DNA of 63,775 nt, the filler included, from Phoronis australis (Eukaryota; Animalia; Phoronida), in NCBI GenBank assembly GCA_002633005.1. It is 5 parts of 5 records of this genome, joined end to end, with 100 filler letters (N's around TTAATTAATTAA, not from the genome) between each part and the next. Parts side by side here need not be neighbours in the genome. Positions count along the whole stretch, not along the records: positions 35,564 to 55,505 come from NMRA01000266.1; 4 more parts are not named here. One strand, 5' to 3'. The position numbers and the translations under genes are program-made. The notes beneath the pieces were generated by a model. It was not told where the DNA came from and did not search any database. It was given only the letters and a program-made list of their open reading frames with translations. This document shows positions 39,047 to 53,500 of the stretch, one piece after another (position 1 is the first letter of the stretch; each line of letters begins with the position of its first letter).

Positions 39047-40659
39047 TTATCCGCGCCCGACTTTTGATTCCGTCCATCCCGTTCGAAAATGTCCGTCTTG
39101 CCCATTTCTCAGCAATAGGCCTCTTGCGCTACTCCCAACTGCACGAGCGTCCGAAAAGGTTACAATTACTGACAGTTCAGCGCTGTTTCACTTTAGCTAT
39201 TGCAAACTTTTAAATCCGTCAGTCTCTCCTGCGTCTCAACAACCATCCGTAATTTGCCGATTATCATTTTAAACACTTTCGTCATTCTGATATATTGAAC
39301 TGGAATTTTTCGAGTTTGCTTTTCCACAACTGGTTACGTTTGGTGTGCACTTCTGTTGAGACGAGCTGGTGCTCTCAGCCAATAACAAGATAGCAACGGT
39401 AGAACAAGATACATGTGTAACAAATCGGTCGCGCGAAGTTGCACCTCAAAACAAATCCTAAGTCTATATACACTATATGTAGGTTTGACCACAACCGAAT
39501 GCTGATTTCATAAATTCTATTTCTCTCTAGTCTTAGACTACGACGAGAAAATTTCGTCGCCTACCTGGTCTTCAGTGGCACTCGGAAATAACTAGCCTTT
39601 GCGTCGTTATCTTAGACACGAAACTTAACACCTGGCACGTGCCGCACCCTGACCAGACTATAACAACAGACTTGCGCAATACAAACAGCTAGGCAATGAT
39701 TCGATCTCAGTAGCGCGCTACAGAATCATACGGGCTCACTTTTCTCTTGAGACACTTTCATATCAGCCTTTTTTAATTACTAACAAAGAAGTAAAATTGC
39801 GGTGTCTTTATTGCCACTAAAACGATTTTAAAAAAACAAAATTTAGGAAATCATATAAGTACACATATAATGAAAGAGGCTGACACGCAATGTAAAAGTA
39901 CGGTACTGGTGTAATGTTCCATGGTAGGGGTACAATACTGCCAAGCACACCACCATGAGGCCCACGTCCATCGGGTGCACCCACTCCCCTCACACCATCC
40001 GATTTAATCACCCCACTCCCACCTTCAGATGCAGTGCTCTTCAGTTCAAGGAACCTGGCAGAATTTTTTTAATCCTATTCCAGAATTTTTTGCTTTTGTC
40101 CCCACTATGCCAAACGCACAATATTCCTGAAGGTAACAAAGTCGCAGTGACCTTAGCGCCACCTGGTGAGGGCCAATATACACAAACCATGTCTTGAGCC
40201 CACTCCATTGTCACATCCAGTATTATCTGCATATCTGAGTCCATTAAATTCATTAGAACACCTTCAACTGCCAATCCATCACCCATGTCTTCATTACATC
40301 AGCATACACCGCATTGTGATAGAATAAGAAATAAATAACAATAACAACAGTAGTAATAGTTATAGCATAGGTACACCTGTACACTGAAGCCAGACTCTAC
40401 AACAAACAGTACCAACGTGCAGACTTGATATTACTTCTGGAACGAACACTTCTTTTCATTTACTGATAACTTTACTTGGTACGAAAGTAATTGAATTCCA
40501 TCTTCCAAACAATGAACAGGAGAATTTTGATTGATACAAGGCAGATTACAAATCAGAACTACCTCAGTAAAATCCCTAGACATTATTTATTTGCCAATGC
40601 TGTGAATGATTCAGTCTGTGATGGAAATAAACTTTCATGACACAGACATCTTGTTTGGC

Positions 40660-40810
40660 AGAGTAAAATGTTTACATTTTGTGCAATAGAGTAAACCCTT
40701 TACATTTTACATTTTGTGTGGCTGAGTAAACAGTTTACATTATACATTTTGTGTGATAGACTAAAACATTCACATTTCACAGTTTTGCGGGGTAGAGAAA
40801 AAATTTTACC
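40660..40810. repeat. Degenerate minisatellite (gagtaaa...ttacattttgtg)
   Basis: About five units of roughly 30-37 bp. Confidence 0.7.
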
Positions 40811-41338
40811 CTAGATAGCGGTAAAAAGCAATTAACTCTTACGAATATTTATGTTCTGTACAATGTTTGAAGGCCTTTCACCACATAGCATTCAGTCAAC
40901 ATGGACGACCCGAAAGAAATACCAGGAATCTACTGCGCTATAATATGACCATGTGACATTAACTTGATGATTATGTCCATAACCACATGACCTACGACGA
41001 GAAAGACATCTGAGCAATTAGAGGCTAGGAGTTGTCTCCAAGAGTACATTTCACTTTTTACAGTTGACAGTTCAGGAACAACCAAATACTATAATTTTTG
41101 TTTGGAATTTTAGATGTGCACTCAGTTTCGTTAACTGCTTGACATCAAATGTTAAATTTTTTCCTTCTTTTCTTCCGTGCCATGTACATGTAGATTATTT
41201 TCATAAGCAAAACTGTTTTAAAATGTAGCTTGCTGTCACACAAGTCAAACTTGTAGCATTAAAAAAGCATATTTCTGTATAAAGATTCTGAAACAAAGTC
41301 CACTCGCTATGTATTGTACGTTGTGTATAACAATTCAT

Positions 41339-41553
41339 CAGTCAGATACAGCCGCTTAATGACACGTCTTTATCTACTACATGCCATGTATTACAACACA
41401 TGACTGAGATACAGCGACCTTATGACATGTCTCTATCTACTGTATACAATGTATTACAGCACACCAGTTAGATACAATCACCTTAAGACACTATCTACTG
41501 CATGCTGTGTATGACAAGGATTCAGTCAGACAGTCACTGTAAGACACCTATAC
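41339..41553. repeat. ~60-bp degenerate tandem repeat just past the stop codon of the CUE-like gene
   Basis: Recurrent agatacag...atgacac..ctatctact...atgtattaca, about 3.5 units. Confidence 0.7.
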
Positions 41554-41567
41554 AACATCAACTCGGG

Positions 41568-44500
41568 CTAAAAACAGCATATGATCCTTTGAGGTCCCTC
41601 AGCAAGACCTTGCTCTGGACCGCTACAGTTTTCAATATCGGGTCCAACAGCCATGGTGGGGTCACGACCGACACCTCCCTGAGGACCTGCCACCAAGTCT
41701 CTCTGCGGACCTACTCTCAGCTCTTTGTTAGGCCCATTAGCCTTCTGGTAATTATCACTGGAACAGAAAATGTGTAGCACAACATTAGCGGGGGCTCATG
41801 GCTGGCAAAGGGGACAACTGAAAAGCCCCTTGTCCAAGCTCGGCGCTCCCTGTTGCTGTTTCTGCCCAATTTCCCAAAGCACCTTCATAGGTCGGCGGGG
41901 ATAGCAAAACACCAAAATCATCACAAAGGGGCGACACCTTAGTCAGACTCATCCAAAAATAAACATCATTCATGGTCTTTTCATCAGGAACAAATCTGCT
42001 AATTTTCATAAGATCCTTTGAGTTGGCAGACAGAGTGGCAGATGCCAGAAAACAGACTAAAAAATAACAGAAATGTCCACAAGGTGGTGAACAATACGTT
42101 GGATCCAAACAAAAATCTACTGACATCGTGGTGTACAATACATAGGAGACATTGTTATCTCCTCAGCAGCAACCTATTGGCCGGTGATGGTGATATCCAA
42201 TCACAGCTGGACACATAAAAAATCAAATTTCCCGCATACATCATCACTGAAACACTTTCCTTCATTAAACAACTCACTCTTTTGTTGACTTTCAGAAACC
42301 GGCAAATAACACAAAAATCATTAAGCAAAGAAAAAGGAAGTTAGACAAGAAATAGTTAGAAAAACACATAAAACTGGCACAGATCAAGAAGCTGTGCACA
42401 GAGCCCAAGTGAATGCTATACTCACATAATGAGACTTAAATCAGTGCCCTTGACCAACTCAGGGTTGGGCCCCAATGGCTTCACTCTCTCTGTGTCAGTA
42501 AACGACTTTGACAACGGTATCACAAAGCTAGTTCCTTGAGTGCGGACAGGCTGTGTTGATCTGGTGCTACAGAAATATTGAGAACCTTGTTACAACTCCA
42601 AATTTAATTCTTCTTTGCCTAATTAAGTTGCGTAGTAACAAATTGGTAGCAACACAGTTTATCAATATTACTTTTAACAGGAATTGCGACAATTTCTTAA
42701 CAACAGCATACATTAACAACAGGTGGAGACACATATCAGCTCAGGCCTCATTACAATCTTGGTGAGCCATTGTTCTCATCACCATCAATGAAGTTTCTTC
42801 ATAAACATTCTTAAGACCTGATGACGAGTTGCTCAACTTCATTCAGTGAGAATAGTTGAGTTTATACGCGCACGTCACTATCAAAAACTCAAACTAAGAA
42901 TTGTGTATTGTGAATAGTTATCTCTAATACTTGTATTCTTTTCTGACTGTCGAGAACAGCAACATGGCTGCCACCAGGTGTCACTGTGCACTTGATACGT
43001 GAATACAAGCCTAATATCTCACACATTTGTTCCCCTCAAACTTACTCCGTCTTAGTTCTGGTTTTTGTGATACTAGTAGAAATCCCTGCCGTCGCCTTGG
43101 TGACTGTTGATTTGGGTGTAGTAGCGTCTGCTCCGCTCGTCTCTCCCAGTGACCCACCAAATGCACTGTGGAATTTTAACCAAAGATACAAAATACAAAA
43201 ATACAAGCTCTCTGGGTTGTATCTGTGATAGATCCAAGGCTGCTAACAGTTACGGATTTATCCGTACTCAATGTACTTTCGGGGCCTAAAAATCCCTATG
43301 TACGGACGTTCCGATGTTACATATTGAGGATATATTTCTCTTTGGATGAAAGTTTAAAATATCTTCAATGAAAAATGAACTTTTTGGATTTGCATTGTAG
43401 GATATCCTATGCTTTGGAAATAGTATTATGTCGATAGCAAAATTTTGGACACGAGTACAACAATAAATTAGTTTACATTTAGAAAATGGGAATGGTATTA
43501 GCCACGTTTAACCACACCGCCATTTTGGATCAGGAATTATGGGATATCAGGACATGTGGGGACTTGGTAGTATGGGAAGAAATCAACAATACTGACAGAA
43601 AAATTTGAAACATGTTGATGTGACGAACAGAGTCATTACGTAATGTTACTTTTTAAGTTAAACAAGATTTCAAATTGAAAATTGTTTTGGTGAGCATCGA
43701 TCCATCTTGCGATTGAAATTTAAAGTTTCTGAAAATGTTGGAATCCGTACATATTTTCACTTGCAAAATACTGATATTATTAACATGAAAGTTACAGTTC
43801 ATTTCCTTAATGGATTAGTAGCTCTGTGGATCACCCAGTCATTACGTGGAGATCCAGAATAGTGACTAAAGGGAGCCTGGCAATAAAGACATAGGGGACA
43901 CTTCACATGCCTCTAATACAGCTATACAGTAGCTAACAATGGTCTAGACCCTTCTGTAAACGAGCCCCCCCCCCTCTGGGTTCTTTGCCTGGATCCCATC
44001 TGAAAACGCACTACATATGCCTCCAGTACAGCTATACAAAAAGTGGTCAACAATAATCTAGACAGACAGTTCAGGGTCGCTCTATGAGCCCCCCTCCCAC
44101 TGAATCTACCTACTGCAGCTTCGCTCTGGAACCCGCTTGAGGCATCTCCCTTCAGGATTCCCCTAAAAAACTCCGTCTGGATACCCTCAGGATTCTCCCT
44201 CAGCATCTTCCCCACTGGATCCTCTTTGGATCCTCTCTCTGGAACCCTCGTGTAGATCTCTCCTCAGGATTTCCCCTGGATCCCACCAGGATCCAAGCTT
44301 GCTCATGTGAATTTTTGATTTACAACAAAATGGCTGAGTGGACGCATCAAAGGATTTTATGCTGGGTTAACAATTAATTAGCTGACATGATGCAATCCAG
44401 AAGTTTAATGCAAAGCAGACGTAGTGCAGTCACCTTAACTGAAACCCACTAGAGGGGGCCTGGCGATAAAGACATAGGTGACACTGTATCGTCACAGCCT

Positions 44501-47500
44501 TGAATATTGTTTCAGAGGATAATTCATACCTAGGTATCTCCGACGGTAGGTTAATGTCTCTAGATGGCGCTGCAGTAGTATTAGTAGTAGACCGAGGTGG
44601 TGATGAGACTCTTGCGGGGGCAGCAGCAGGGGTAGGTGTAGTCTGCCGTGGTGGGCTTGTATGTTTCGTAGTTCTGTTACAGACAAACAAAACCATATTC
44701 AACGTCTTGTAAATTGGAAAAGCACCTTCGCAACAACGGGTTGCTAAATGGATTGCTTCTGTTTGAAAATTTTTGGAAAATGTACAGAGCACCGCCAACC
44801 ACAAGAGTTGAGAGCGGAGAACAACATTTGACAAGTGAGTGTATCACAGTGCCTCAGTACAATGACACAATGTGCCCCTTAACTATATAATAATATATTA
44901 TTATGATCCTGAATTGTGCATTTAAAACTGCTATAAACCAGACTAGAATGAAAAAGAAACTGGCTTAATTAATACCACTCAATGCTACAGTACTGGACAC
45001 AACTTAATGCTACACTCCGACAGGGCTAAGAAAGATGACCTGCCATGACAAGCCAGGATACTCAGTTTGATTTGAACCTATAACCACCGCCAGCACTTCA
45101 CAAGCCAACAAACCACAACTACCTTCGATAATGAATGAGTTGATATCAATTTCACCATTGTAACACGTTTAATACAAATTTATTTGATGAGAGAAGATGC
45201 AGAGCGAAGAAGAACAAGAAGATAATTATGTGAAAGTTTAACATGTGATCCAAAACAGTACGCAAAACACAGAATATAATTTTGGCATGTTACATCATCT
45301 CAAACTCGTTTTCTCTTCACTTGAGGCCGCGGGTGGGGTGATATTTCAACGCTCGCACAATACAACAGTTCGTCGTCCACATTGTATTTAGCTAACACAA
45401 GTGTAGGAAATACAAAAAAATGAAATACAAGTTACACTAAATACAAGTACAAAGAGGGAACATGGATAACTCAAAAAGTCAGAGACTTATTTCTCTTGCA
45501 GTCTAAACTAAAAAGAGACGAAAAATAAACTTATAAAAATGGAACAAAATACAAATAAAATTAATGTAAATACACAAATGACAATCACAAATAAAGATGA
45601 AAGACTAAAACAACAAACGTAGCAAATGCAATAGAAAAAATAAAATTAAAAATCAATGATAGACAGAAATGTTACCCTCACTATTAGACAATTTATTAAA
45701 CGAAAAGGTGCTAGTTTGATGTTTAAACTAGAAAGCGTCAGAATGTCTTTAACGTCATTAGGAAGTTCACACCAGGCTTGAGTGAACTTCCTAAAGACAT
45801 TGAACACAATAAGTACCTTCTGTGTTTTAACCATGTAACCATCACCTTTTTGTTTAATAAATTGTCTAAAAATGACTGGCCAATAAGCAACTCACATTTT
45901 CTTTGCGTCCTCTGTCATCATTTTCAGCACAGCTTTTGCTTTACCCTCGTCATACATAGAAGACTCCAGCGCCATCTTGACAACAGCGGCAGAACAAGTC
46001 TTAAACTCTCCCACCAACTTGTTCTGAACTGTTTCCAGGAACAAGAAGAAAAAAACATTGGTTTCACCTTTGAAATTAAATGTTCTGCATTCTGTAAGAG
46101 TGTCAACACAATGCTGGGTGGTGTTGCAACTTTCCTTCTCAAAAATTGTTGTAGAATAACGAAACTTCTAAAGGATAACGAGAGCAAGAATTGTATGACA
46201 ATTAGCTTGTAGATGATGCAGGATAAGTGAGCACAAAGCTTGCACCATTGCGCACAGTCTCATGCAAATGACCCAAAAATCATGCAATGGTGCGACTAAA
46301 AAAGTAACATACTGACACATGGTTCCTATTCGCATCGTTTCATTTTTCATGAGAATTTCTGAATATATTCTAAGTTTTTCATCGCACCACTTAATTTTCC
46401 CACAAAAACTAGATTTTAAACCAAACGTTCTTCAGACTATCACCCTGTCCCCCACCAATACTGCACAGATAAGCCAGCAAAGTCACTCACAAATTATGAA
46501 CGAACTAAGTCTCCTGTTTGAAGTTAATTTACATATCTCCATAACGACAGGTAACCATGGAGACTGCAGTGTTACATGACCACTCGCGGTAACTTACGTC
46601 TCTGTTTGTCTGCCTCTGATGGAGTGTGGGGTTTTGCTTGCTGTGACGTAGAAGGCTTCAAATGTTGATTTGCCAGCGGTTGCCCAAAGGTTTTCTTCGG
46701 CTGCAAGTTTCCAGGAAAAATAAACAGAACTATATACTATACCATTTCAGCGCACTATTTGCTGTTAAAACAGCTGAAATCCAAGGCCCACTCAAAAACA
46801 CTAAATATCAATGAGTCCAGTCTACCAGAAACGATCTACCGGACACAGTTCAACGGACAGCCCACAGGGTACAGCCTACTGGGCACAGCCTACCAGACAC
46901 AGCCTAAGGGACGCAGTCTACCAGCACAGTCTTGCATTACAGCCCAATCTGCCGTCTCCATTAGGGCCACTCAAGCATACTCTCTGTGCGAGGATAAAGG
47001 CATTGTTTTCACACCCACCCCTAACCCACAACCCATAATTTAAACTGCTTTTGGAATGCAAACACACACATTATCATGCTCGTCACTGAAATTTCTTTTA
47101 AGTTCAACTGGTCCCGTCAAATATAACGTGAACTTTCAGATGCACGAAGTCAGTTAAACACATATTTTACACTAACATGAAATATTTTAATAATATTTCA
47201 TGTTAGTGTAAAATGCACGAAGTCAGTTAAACACATATTCTACACTAACATGAAATATTTTAATAATATTTCATGTTTACATGTTTTCAAATAAAGTGTA
47301 AAATATGTGAAGGCATAAAAATTGAACATCCTAAAATGTTTGTTTTTTCAGCTGAATACTGTTGTGCTGTTTATTTTTAATGGAAATTGTAGGTTTATGC
47401 ATTTTGAAAATTCCTCAGTACGTGCAGACAGAGATGTTTACTACAATTTATGTTAGGGTAATTACACTTAATTGAGTCTTGCTTGCACCGGACAATGCCG

Positions 47501-50500
47501 TCATCGCAGCTGCGCCCAAGTCTGGCACTGCACTCGCTTTGATCCTAGTGCAAGCCGCTCCGAATAAGACTGGTGGAGCAGACATGAAAATACCCGCCTG
47601 ATTCCTTGTAAGCAAATTATTCAAAGCATGGGCAGTTTATTGCACTCCTGGACAGTTCTTGGACTGGCTAGGGCATGCGTAAAATCTCAGCATGCATTGC
47701 AGTTGGCACGCGCATTAGAATCGAGTAGAAAAGGGAGACAGTGGAATTTGGCAGCATTTTGTTTAAACGTTTTGGACTTATTGTGCTGTTAACATGCAGA
47801 GAGATGTTAATCAAACGATTCCTACAAAAAGCAGACATCAGCTTGCCAACTCTGTCTTCTCACACGAAATGACGCTGGATAACGTAGACGCCACTTTAAT
47901 CCTTTTAATACGCTAAAAAGTTCTACAGAATTGTTTGAGGTGAGCAAACGTAGGTCATTACACTGCTTTCCCTACTCACCTGAGGAGTGACCTTCTGGTA
48001 CCCCATAGAGAGGAGTTCTGCTCTAGTCTTACTTTCATCATTGTATTCACTGAAATATAACAAACCAGGGACCAGGGACATTGAATTTTTGTTGATCAAA
48101 CGTGAGACTACTGCATCACTGAAACAAATCTATTGAAATTCATACACTGATGAAAAATAACCCAGCATGATTGGTCAGGGTGCTTCGGTCTGACACAGCA
48201 AAAGAACAGACTAAATATGCTTCTTCATTCATACTGATTGACAATAGTAAACGAACAACCTGTAATTTTTTATCTAAACTTAGTCAAAGTGCTGCAAAAA
48301 TTCTATTCTAAAATTAGTGAGAAAAACAACTGCAACTGACATTCAAAATTTCTACCAAGAACTATTTATTACAAAATATGGCAACATTTATCTAGAAAAA
48401 CAAAGATTAGGACAGGTTTAGTTCGGTTTCTGCAGTGTAGAAGTTGTGATGAAGTAACATTTTGCAAAAACTTATATCACTTGCAACAAGCTGATTAGCC
48501 TTTGAAAAATGGACAAATGGAAAAACAGCAATCATGGCCGACAATCATGGCCGACGTTTCTATGTGAGATACAGTCAAGAGCTACTACAGCTATCAAAGG
48601 TAGCTGAACTCTTGTTCAAACCTTAGAGATGGTCTTCTTCATGATTTGGTGAAGATTGTTAAAAAACGGGCAGAAAAGTATCTGAAAATTATAAGACCAA
48701 GTCGACCACATGAGGACCAAATTTTGTTACCATACAACACCCCGGTAGTTATGGCAACCAGGAAGTTACAGATGTGATAAGCATGAGTCAGAAACCGAGT
48801 GGCCCATTAGAGGTAAGATAGACTCACTTAAGCAAGACATCCTTTATAACGTCATCGTCCACGGAAGGAAATTCCTTCTTCAACGTTTTCCAGGCTCCAC
48901 TCACAAACGTTGGCTTAGGTTTCTTAACAGAGTAACCGGCGACCTCTAGTATCATTCCTGCTTGATTGACATCAGAAGCGCTGCAAGGATCAAAACATAA
49001 TCGAAACCAAGTCAAAGATGATGTCATCAATGTTCGTCATCAAGACAACGTTTGAGGAGAGTAGATGTTTGCCATTTCTTGGGTGAAAATGCATCCAATA
49101 TCATTGCCCTTATGTTCTTACTTAACAACCAACCACCAATATCACCTATTTTACAATGTAGGCCTATTTCATGTTCCTATGCGCTCACAATAATCATATG
49201 CCGCCTACTCACAACCAACAAAACAGATGAAGAAAAAATGTCCAAACAAGAGATCTACCAAAGTCTACTTCATGCAGTCTTTGATTGCCTGAACAATAGC
49301 TATGAATTATAATTCATACTGGGAAATTCTCGTCATCATTTTTTCACCTTGCAACCCAACTTTATTGAAAGCCCATTTACACTAATAATGCCGTAGTGAC
49401 CAGCAAAACATGTATAGTTACCGTTTGAGGACCTGTCGGATTTCATTGTCAGAGGCGTCTGGGTACTTGGCCTTCAAGGTATTGAAGTCTTTGGGATCAA
49501 CATCGGTGAAGCTGGTCTCCTAAAACAAGACGACCAGTTGCGGTCAAACTCACACCCACGAGGATAACTGATAAAAATCGTCGGCGTCCACACCAACTTA
49601 TAAGAGCCAAATTTCAATTTCAATGTGCTACAACAAAAATCAGCAACCAGTGAAGCATAGTAAAACAAAGCCAACATGGAACATCAATAAAAACTTTTAC
49701 CATTTTAACTTGATTGCAGTTCCAAAATTAATGTTTTATAGTTTAGTTCATTTCAGTCTAAGCTTTAGGCTTGTGTTGCAACGCATTTGTAAGAATGCAA
49801 AGCTGGCATCGCATTGAGGGATCGAATCAACTTTTGATACAAAGGCATTGAACATATCTACCCATTACAGATGCCTAGCTAAGTGAGATGTCTAACTATT
49901 AAAAATGTCTATCTATGTTAATGAATGTCAGTAAAATTAATAAACAAAATTTTAAAATATTTGTTAGTTTAAACTCAAAAATACTATTTGTTACAAGTGG
50001 AAAAACAAGTCACACCAAAAATCAGATCATTTCTGAGTGTCAGGTGCTAGACAACCAGAAGAACCAGGCAAACCTGGCTGACGTCTGTCTTGAACCTCAG
50101 CAGACTGTAATTATTTCATGGTTCTATGGAACAAAACAACATGACAGTGATGAATAGTTTTACTGTTGGTCAAATGGGGCAAAGTCGATGCCCCCTGAAA
50201 TTCAGGAAGTAAATTTGCCTGCTCTTTTCAACCACGGATTATCAATAACAGAAATTATTATTTAGCAAGTTGCTACAGACCAATGCAAAAAGACAAGCCA
50301 ATTGAAAAACTGCAGAGGCTATAAACCAGTGTTCTGTCAAAGAAGTAAATTTTTGATTTACACCATGTGACATTATAAAATTGGTCTTAAATTTTCTCAG
50401 ATGAAAATTAATTACTCGTCTGGTAATAAACTGACCATTCGTTTCCCTCGAGATCATGCTCCGTACATAAAATGACAAACTGACGTGCCAACGTATCTGC

Positions 50501-53500
50501 AGCCTCGTCTCAGTCAATCATGAAATGTCAGTTAATTCAAGACCTGAAACCACCTTTAATTTGTCTAACTAACAATTTGAGACCAATTTTGTAACAGTAA
50601 CGCGGTCTAAATCAGAAATTGTCTTTTTGAGATGACTGCAGGTTCGTAGCACCTTTAAGTAGCTTGATCAAAATGAACAGTCTTCCTAAGAACGATCTCA
50701 AATAACTTTTGTTAGACCAATAACTGATGCTGCTTTTACGCAAGCACACTTAGTATGCAGTAAAACTGGCCAGCCATGTCTGACCCAGGAGCATTGTGGG
50801 TAAAAAAGCTCCACTCCTTGAGATAGCATAAGTAGTATGCAGTAAAACTGGCCAGCTATGTCTGACCCAGGAACATTGTGGGTACAAAAAGCTCCACTCT
50901 TTGAGGTAGCATAACCTGCCCTGTGACACTTTAACACAAACAACTAGTTCACACTTCACAAATGCATTTGGTCAGTAAGCAAAGTTGTGCATGCGATACC
51001 CACACTACTTTTATTAGCATTTCCCAACATGAAACGTGAATCCTTCATTGGGACATGCACTGCCACCTGGTGCAGTCACTTATGAATCAAGGCGTGAAAT
51101 TCAATGTTAGTGGCACAGATAGAATCAGGCTCCCACAAAATTAAAACAGAGACAAACATCATGCGGTGTATATTGCGGTACCGTGCAAGTGCACAACTTG
51201 TAGGGCTCCTCACAAATTGAGTCTGATTTCTGCAGCAAAAATGGCAACAGGCTCAATGCAATGCACAGTGCAATCCTCTGAAAATTTCTCATTAAATTGG
51301 TGCCACCACAGAGAGGGGCGCAAAGTAATGATGAGACTGTAAATTATAGTGAGAAGTTAGAGAAACATGACACAGCATATTAACTATTACAGAACACATG
51401 TTTGTGATGTGTAACAACAAAATTATATGCACTCCCTGAGTTGGGGGTAGATGGCTTCTAAAAGCTATTTTGGATTTCTGCTTTCAACTAGTCGTCTTGA
51501 TAGGTCAGTGGACTCGAACTTCTGCACGGTTGGCAGGACTGGGACTCGAACTCGTCGAGTCCCGGTCAGGACAAAAATCTTTTCAGACTTAACTTTAGGT
51601 TACATGATGTGACCAACAGGTTGTGTGTACACGGACTGATAACTCTTAGGCATATAAGAGAAAATGTATTTCAAGCTCATTGGCTTCATAACACGCATCC
51701 AGCACAGAGACAAGCAAGTATGGGTAAAGCACTATGGGGAAAATCAGTACAACGCCAATGCAGAGTTAGGTTGCTAATTAGACATCAAGTGAACACTCTT
51801 GGCAGTGAAATCAAATAAATACAACTCGCAGATTTGTTACATGTAGCTTTGCTAACTATTTGAAAGTACCAACTTGATATTTTTCATGACAAAATTTCAG
51901 TTGATCCATTCTTGTTGTTTTATTTACCGATTTATATTCTACATTTTGTGAAACAATAGTATCCTTGGGAGGATCTGGATCGCCTCATTTAGTTTCAGAT
52001 ATGTTTTCTACGTAAAATTTCAAAGGCGTGAGTAATGTTACTTTTCAGCAAAAATGTCAGATTTTAAAATACAGAATGAAGCACCCAATGATTTTTGTGT
52101 TCGTATTTTCTAAATATTTAACTTTTAGTATTTACTAGTGCAGACGAAAAGAGCAGACAGCGCAGGTTCAGTAAAGCCATGCTTGGATTCACACACTATC
52201 GGAAACGATGATGAAGCTGAGGAGACTGATCGCACATCAATGCTGACCCCTATTGGCACATGAATGCACTATTGAAGTGCGTGGATTAGTGACAAAGTTG
52301 ATAATCTTTTCGTGTTTAACCTTATGATGAAGCAGTATGTAGCCAGTTTAACCTCAATGACAGACGAGAACATTTCATGAAGTGATTATACTAACAATTA
52401 TCATTTCCAACACACCAAACTCAATCTACCGTGGGAAAGAATTCGTCCGTTCTTCCAAAGTTCAAGAATTAGTTCTTATCAGGGTATGGTTCAAGTCAAG
52501 ACCAGTAACTGGTCCAAATCTTAACTAACAATTTGTACATTACAATTCACTGGAGGTGCATTGAGGTTCTAAACTGTTCCCTGGACACTTCAGCGAACAG
52601 ACGAGTCAGCATTTCCACGCGATCTGTGATACTGCTTCGTGAAAAATATCTTACTGAATAAACAAAAATTTAACCTCATCTAGCGCCAAGTTCCAGAGTC
52701 CACCCTGCATGGATGAAAGACTGGTTATGACAAAAGTAAATACACGAGACAAGTGCTCCACCCAAAACTGTTAAACATGCAGCAGGTATTAAAATGACGA
52801 GTCTGCGTAAGTCACAAGTTTCGAGGAAAACACACAATGCCTTAACAAGCATTAACACAGCAGCAGCGGAATTGCCTATGCAATATTTCTGGAATTAGAT
52901 CCTGCTGAAAATATTCGACTAGAATATGACATTCATCCAAGTTCAAAACCAGTCACATTGCTTTTTTACTAATGAATATGATTTGATTGAAAGCGAAACA
53001 TCGTCGAAATATTATGACCTACGGATAACCAATTAAATTAATTGAGTTGCCTGCAAATAGTCATTCTACAATTAAGAAAATAAGTGTACTTCATAGTACC
53101 CAAATAAACAAATGATTGACAATTTGTCTGGCAGAGCAAACTGGTTTTCCAAATCAAAAGGAAAACTTCCCATGACCGAGGCAACACACCAACAGATCTG
53201 GAGCATTATGGGAGATGCGATGACGCGGAAAAGTGACAGAGTGTCATCCTGTCACTAAATAAATACACAGGAGAAAGAATTTCACAGAAAACAGACTGTT
53301 AGCAACGCACTACCTACAGCTACCTAAACCACAGCAGCAATAAAGGCAAACACGCCAATCAGGAAACATACAGTCACCAATTGCATAGGATATGACGGAA
53401 CAGGTGACACCTGCTAGACTATTGCGCCTACCATCATGCTGTCCGAGTCGGACTCAAAGTCTTCACTGTAAGCGTCGTCGTCGTCAGACGTAACCGTGCT

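Noticed and set aside
41785-42138. 117-aa minus-strand ORF in the last intron of the CUE-like gene
   Set aside because: No acceptor in the phase needed to join it; no known motif
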